Source: the human T2T-CHM13v2.0 reference genome, Homo sapiens. From it: a stretch of DNA of 64,000 nt. Made by a program: the position numbers and the translations under genes. The stretch is from the NCBI RefSeq assembly GCF_009914755.1, contig NC_060928.1; one strand, 5' to 3'. Below are positions 60,274 through 64,000 of the stretch, piece after piece. The notes under the pieces were generated by a model, which saw only the letters and a list, made by a program, of their open reading frames with translations, searched no databases and was not told the DNA's origin. Positions within the stretch are counted from its first letter, which is position 1, and each line of letters opens with the position of its first letter.

Positions 60274-61270
60274 AAGACTCTATCTGTAAAGAAAAAAAAG
60301 AAAGAAAAAGAAAAAGGTAACCTTGTCTGAAAATCTTATTTATTTGTATGAGATTTTCATACTATACTCAAATATTCATCCAAACATTTGATTTAAAAAA
60401 ACCCTCTTTCTCAGTTTTCAGTTACGTTTAAACAAGTTAGGCAAAGTTACTAAATCATGATACAATGAAGATCGTATTACATTTTAAAATTGCTAAAATA
60501 TAAAAAAGAACACTATATATCTTATTTTTGTTACAAACTCATAATAGATCAAACTCTATAATATTTAGATTTGTGACTTCTTTGCATTTAAGTTTGCAAA
60601 ATTCCATAAAAATACATCCCACAATTTTGTTTCTAGTCTTATTTCACTGAAACAAATTTAAACGATTTTTATGTAGATTAGCAAAATAAATGCGATTTTT
60701 ATTTCAGCTGGAAGTTGGGATTATTTTTTGTGAGCTGGAAGAAGTGATAATTTACTAATCACTATACTAAGGGGTCACTTTTGCAAAGAAAATATTTCTT
60801 TTACACCCCATTTTAAAAATATTATTGTTTTGTTGTATATGTAAGTTTTCTTTGGTTATTATATGTCTACTCATCTTAACAGTTTTTGCTTTACTTATGA
60901 ATAAGAATGATAAAGATCACTGTATGCGTAACAGCTGAACTGTTGCTCATTTTCCTATTGAATATAACACGAAGGAAGAGTTTCTAAAGCATTGGAGGAA
61001 GCAGGAAGGAGTTGTTCTAACAAAGTGATCATATTCACAACGAGGAACTGTTAAAACTACTGCCAAAGTTCCTAACTGACATGAAAATCTGATGGAGTCC
61101 TGGGGGTAGTAATTTTCCCTGTGAGCTCTCTTCAAGAAGTCCCTAAGGAAAGAATATTGCAAAATCAGAAGTTGAAGAGAAACATACAGAAATATTCAGG
61201 TTGTGTCTTCCATGCAGAACATATCAAATAGCTAAGAGTCTGCTTAATAAAAGAGAATCAGAACAGGTAG

Positions 61271-61595
<325 letters not shown>

Positions 61596-63059
61596 ATTTG
61601 ACTTTTTAAAGTGTTTTAATTTAACAACAATGTGTAGCTGGCTATATATTGGTAAGGGAAATTAGTGAAGTCAAATTTGTAGTTGAGGAGATCTTTTCTT
61701 CTGCATTTCCGCACATTGCTGTGTAAACATGAGTGCAGGTGACCGCTGGTAATTCTCTATTGGAAACTTGGTGTCTTCATTCTCCATCCTCCACGTGGCT
61801 CCGAAGCCCTGCTCTGCCTCAGGTCCCTGTGTGTCCAGGCCCTCTATGGTCATATTCTCTCACCTACACTTGGGCCAATGACATGAACAGAATTTTGACA
61901 GTTTCACAAAGCACTTTCACCTTGTGGGTGGGTTCAGTTTATTTCCTTACAGGAGGATATTAATATTGCAGGTTCTAAGGCGAGAGGAGCTTTGTGATAA
62001 GTTAAGAAATAAGGAATGAAGAGAGGCAGGGGAAAAGACTTCTGTGTGAAAATAGAAGAGGCCCATTTTAAGCACATAATTTTCCTTATTTCAAAGGGAA
62101 TACGCAGGCAGGTTACTGTAGCAGAGTCACAAACAAGCCAATGTGACTTAAAAGTATGAGTCATGGGGAAATGGAGTGACACGAGATCAGCTCCAGGGAT
62201 CACGCCTTCACTTTGCCTGCCTTGGGGACTCAGAGATCTGCTTGCGGGTTTCCTGACTCCTACGTGAGGTGTCAGTGAAAGCAGCAGTGATGTTAACTTT
62301 GAGGAAATTTAGTTATTGTGACAGGATAGATAAATGAACCGTATCGGGGTTTCTTCATTTTCGTAACTGTGGTGCTAATGAGGTATTCAGTATCTGTGGT
62401 TGACTGATTTATTCCCCACCAGAAAAGATGCTTGGGCTGCAGATTTCACATTTAGAAAAAAACATGATCCTTTGGAAAAGTTGCCACCAATTACTCAGTC
62501 TCCAGTTTCAGTCCATCCACGGAATGATCTGTCTATACCTCTGTAATGTACTGCGGCCCCAGTCAGCCACTTGGCAGCTTTGCAATCCCATGACCTTTTT
62601 AAATCCTGAAAATAAATAAAATTGTAACATTCTTGCCTTGTTAGCTCTTAAATTTTCAAATTTCTATGTGCCAAGTTGTTCTGCTTAATAAATCACCAAG
62701 GAGGTATTGTCATGATGGATTCGTATTTTATTTTTATTTTCAGTATTGTATGCAGTTTACTTAAAAAAGATTTGTGAAAAAAAGAGATAGCACTTTTAGC
62801 TATTGCTAAATGAGATCAGGAAATTGTCTTCCAAATAGGCAAGCACAAAGCTGAAAAAAAATGAACAAAATCATCCATTTCCATACTGTAGAAATTGAGC
62901 AAAGGCTTAACACAAATTTGAGAGGCACGGATGCTTAAAAACTGTCGAACTTCTGGGAAAAACGTGGGAACTATGTCACTCTGGCCTGGGCTGCCCACCT
63001 TGTCCAGGGTGGGACGAACTGTAGAGGGTTTTCTGCTGCTGGAAGGGCCTCTGTGGCTT

Positions 63060-63640
63060 TGGGGAGACGGCAGCGCCAGGGCCCGCGGGGCGGCAGGAGG
63101 GACTGGGAGGCCCACAGCGGTCCCGTGGGAAAGCTCTGTAGGGACGGGCAGGAGTGAACATGTTGTGTTTTGTGGGCTACAAACAGGCTCTATTTCCTCT
63201 CTGCCTCCTCCTCCTGCTTTTTCTTCCACTTTTTTTTAACATTTGTTTTTAAATGGAAAGTAGTTTTTAGCTCACAGGTCATACAAAAGCTGGCAAACGG
63301 CTGGCTTCGAACCGTCCTGGCTTCGAACCGTGGCTGCCATGTGCCTCCCGCTGCTCTACTCGCCTGAGGTTGACCCTGGTAAGCGGTTGCCGCCTGCAGA
63401 CACGGCGCATGCGAGGGAGGGTGCAGGCCGAGACTCCGCCCCGAAGGGCGCGGCGTGCCCGAGAGATGCGAGCGTTGAGGAAACGGAAATCCAGCGCACA
63501 CGTGAAAACGCCCCGGACTGCGGCTGCGCCGCTTACCCGCACACAGACGGTTGGCAGAGGAAGAAAGCCTTGTCACACTAAAGGAGAGACAGCGGATGTT
63601 CTGAACAGTCCTGTCGTGAAACGTTAGACAACGTGGACGA
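63060..63640. promoter_or_regulatory. CpG-rich promoter-like island
   Basis: Highest non-Alu CpG density in the window; NRF1-like GCGCATGCG 63405-63413, GC box 63434-63442, ETS-like ACGGAAAT 63483-63490, E-box CACGTG 63499-63504. Confidence 0.65.
63115..63353. mobile_element. MER58-like hAT-Charlie MITE
   Basis: Termini cagcgg/ccgctg; internal tttttagctcacaggtcatacaaaa and gagtgaacatgttgtgttttgtgggctaca resemble MER58B/C. Confidence 0.6.
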
Positions 63641-64000
63641 AACAGGCACATTCCTAAGCATCACACATTACTGAAACTCAGTCAAGAAGAAATAGAAAAT
63701 CTGAATACATCCATGGCAAGCACAGAAACTGAACTAGGGGATTCGAAATCTTCCCACAAAGAAAAGCCTAGGCCCAACTGGCCTCTATGGTAAGTTCTAT
63801 CAAATAGTCACAGAAGAAATCATGGCAGTTCATCACTTACTGTTGATGTTTCAGAAGATAGTGGACTAAGGAACAATCCCAAATCATTTTACAAGGCTAG
63901 TAGTACCCTGATAGCAAAGCCAAAGATATCACAAGAGGAAAAACATCACAGACCAGTATCTCTCATTAACATGGTTGCAAAATTCCTTAACAAAGTATTA
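63470..64000 (+). mobile_element. L1M ORF2 fragment, continues off the right edge
   Basis: tcaagaagaaatagaaaatctgaata; aatcttcccacaaagaaaagcctaggccca; acagaccagtatctctcattaacat..gcaaaattccttaacaaagtatta. The boundary upstream of 63570 is tentative. Confidence 0.8.

Noticed and set aside
63290-63365. Bona fide tRNA gene (loose resemblance to initiator tRNA-Met at both ends)
   Set aside because: No anticodon arm, poor T-stem pairing, and a better explanation as a MER58 end; kept only as a Pol III promoter hypothesis
62816-63651. 83-153 aa ORFs over the CpG island
   Set aside because: Open frames on both strands are expected from high GC; no recognisable domain, and the sequence is TE-derived

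Overview
Primate (most likely human) non-coding genomic DNA that is dense in transposable elements. I count about 28 Alu-family copies (FAM, AluJ, AluS, AluY), several L1 fragments (L1PA, L1PB, L1M), L2, MIR and L3/CR1 relics, ERV1/ERVL/MaLR LTR elements, hAT-Charlie MITEs and several simple repeats. No protein-coding gene is supportable: the listed ORFs are Alu-, L1- or low-complexity-derived, or short chance frames. Subfamily names come from my recollection of consensus sequences, and boundaries of old elements are approximate. The most interesting region is the right end (about 63.0-63.8 kb). It is a CpG-rich, promoter-like island apparently built from GC-shifted MER58 and L1 sequence, and it also holds a tRNA-like Pol III architecture on the minus strand (A box, two B boxes, T4). 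Other notable items are a non-Alu inverted repeat pair around a 2.2 kb spacer, a templated complex rearrangement inside an L1MC, an orphan poly(A)-tailed segment, and a CTCF site with its upstream motif.
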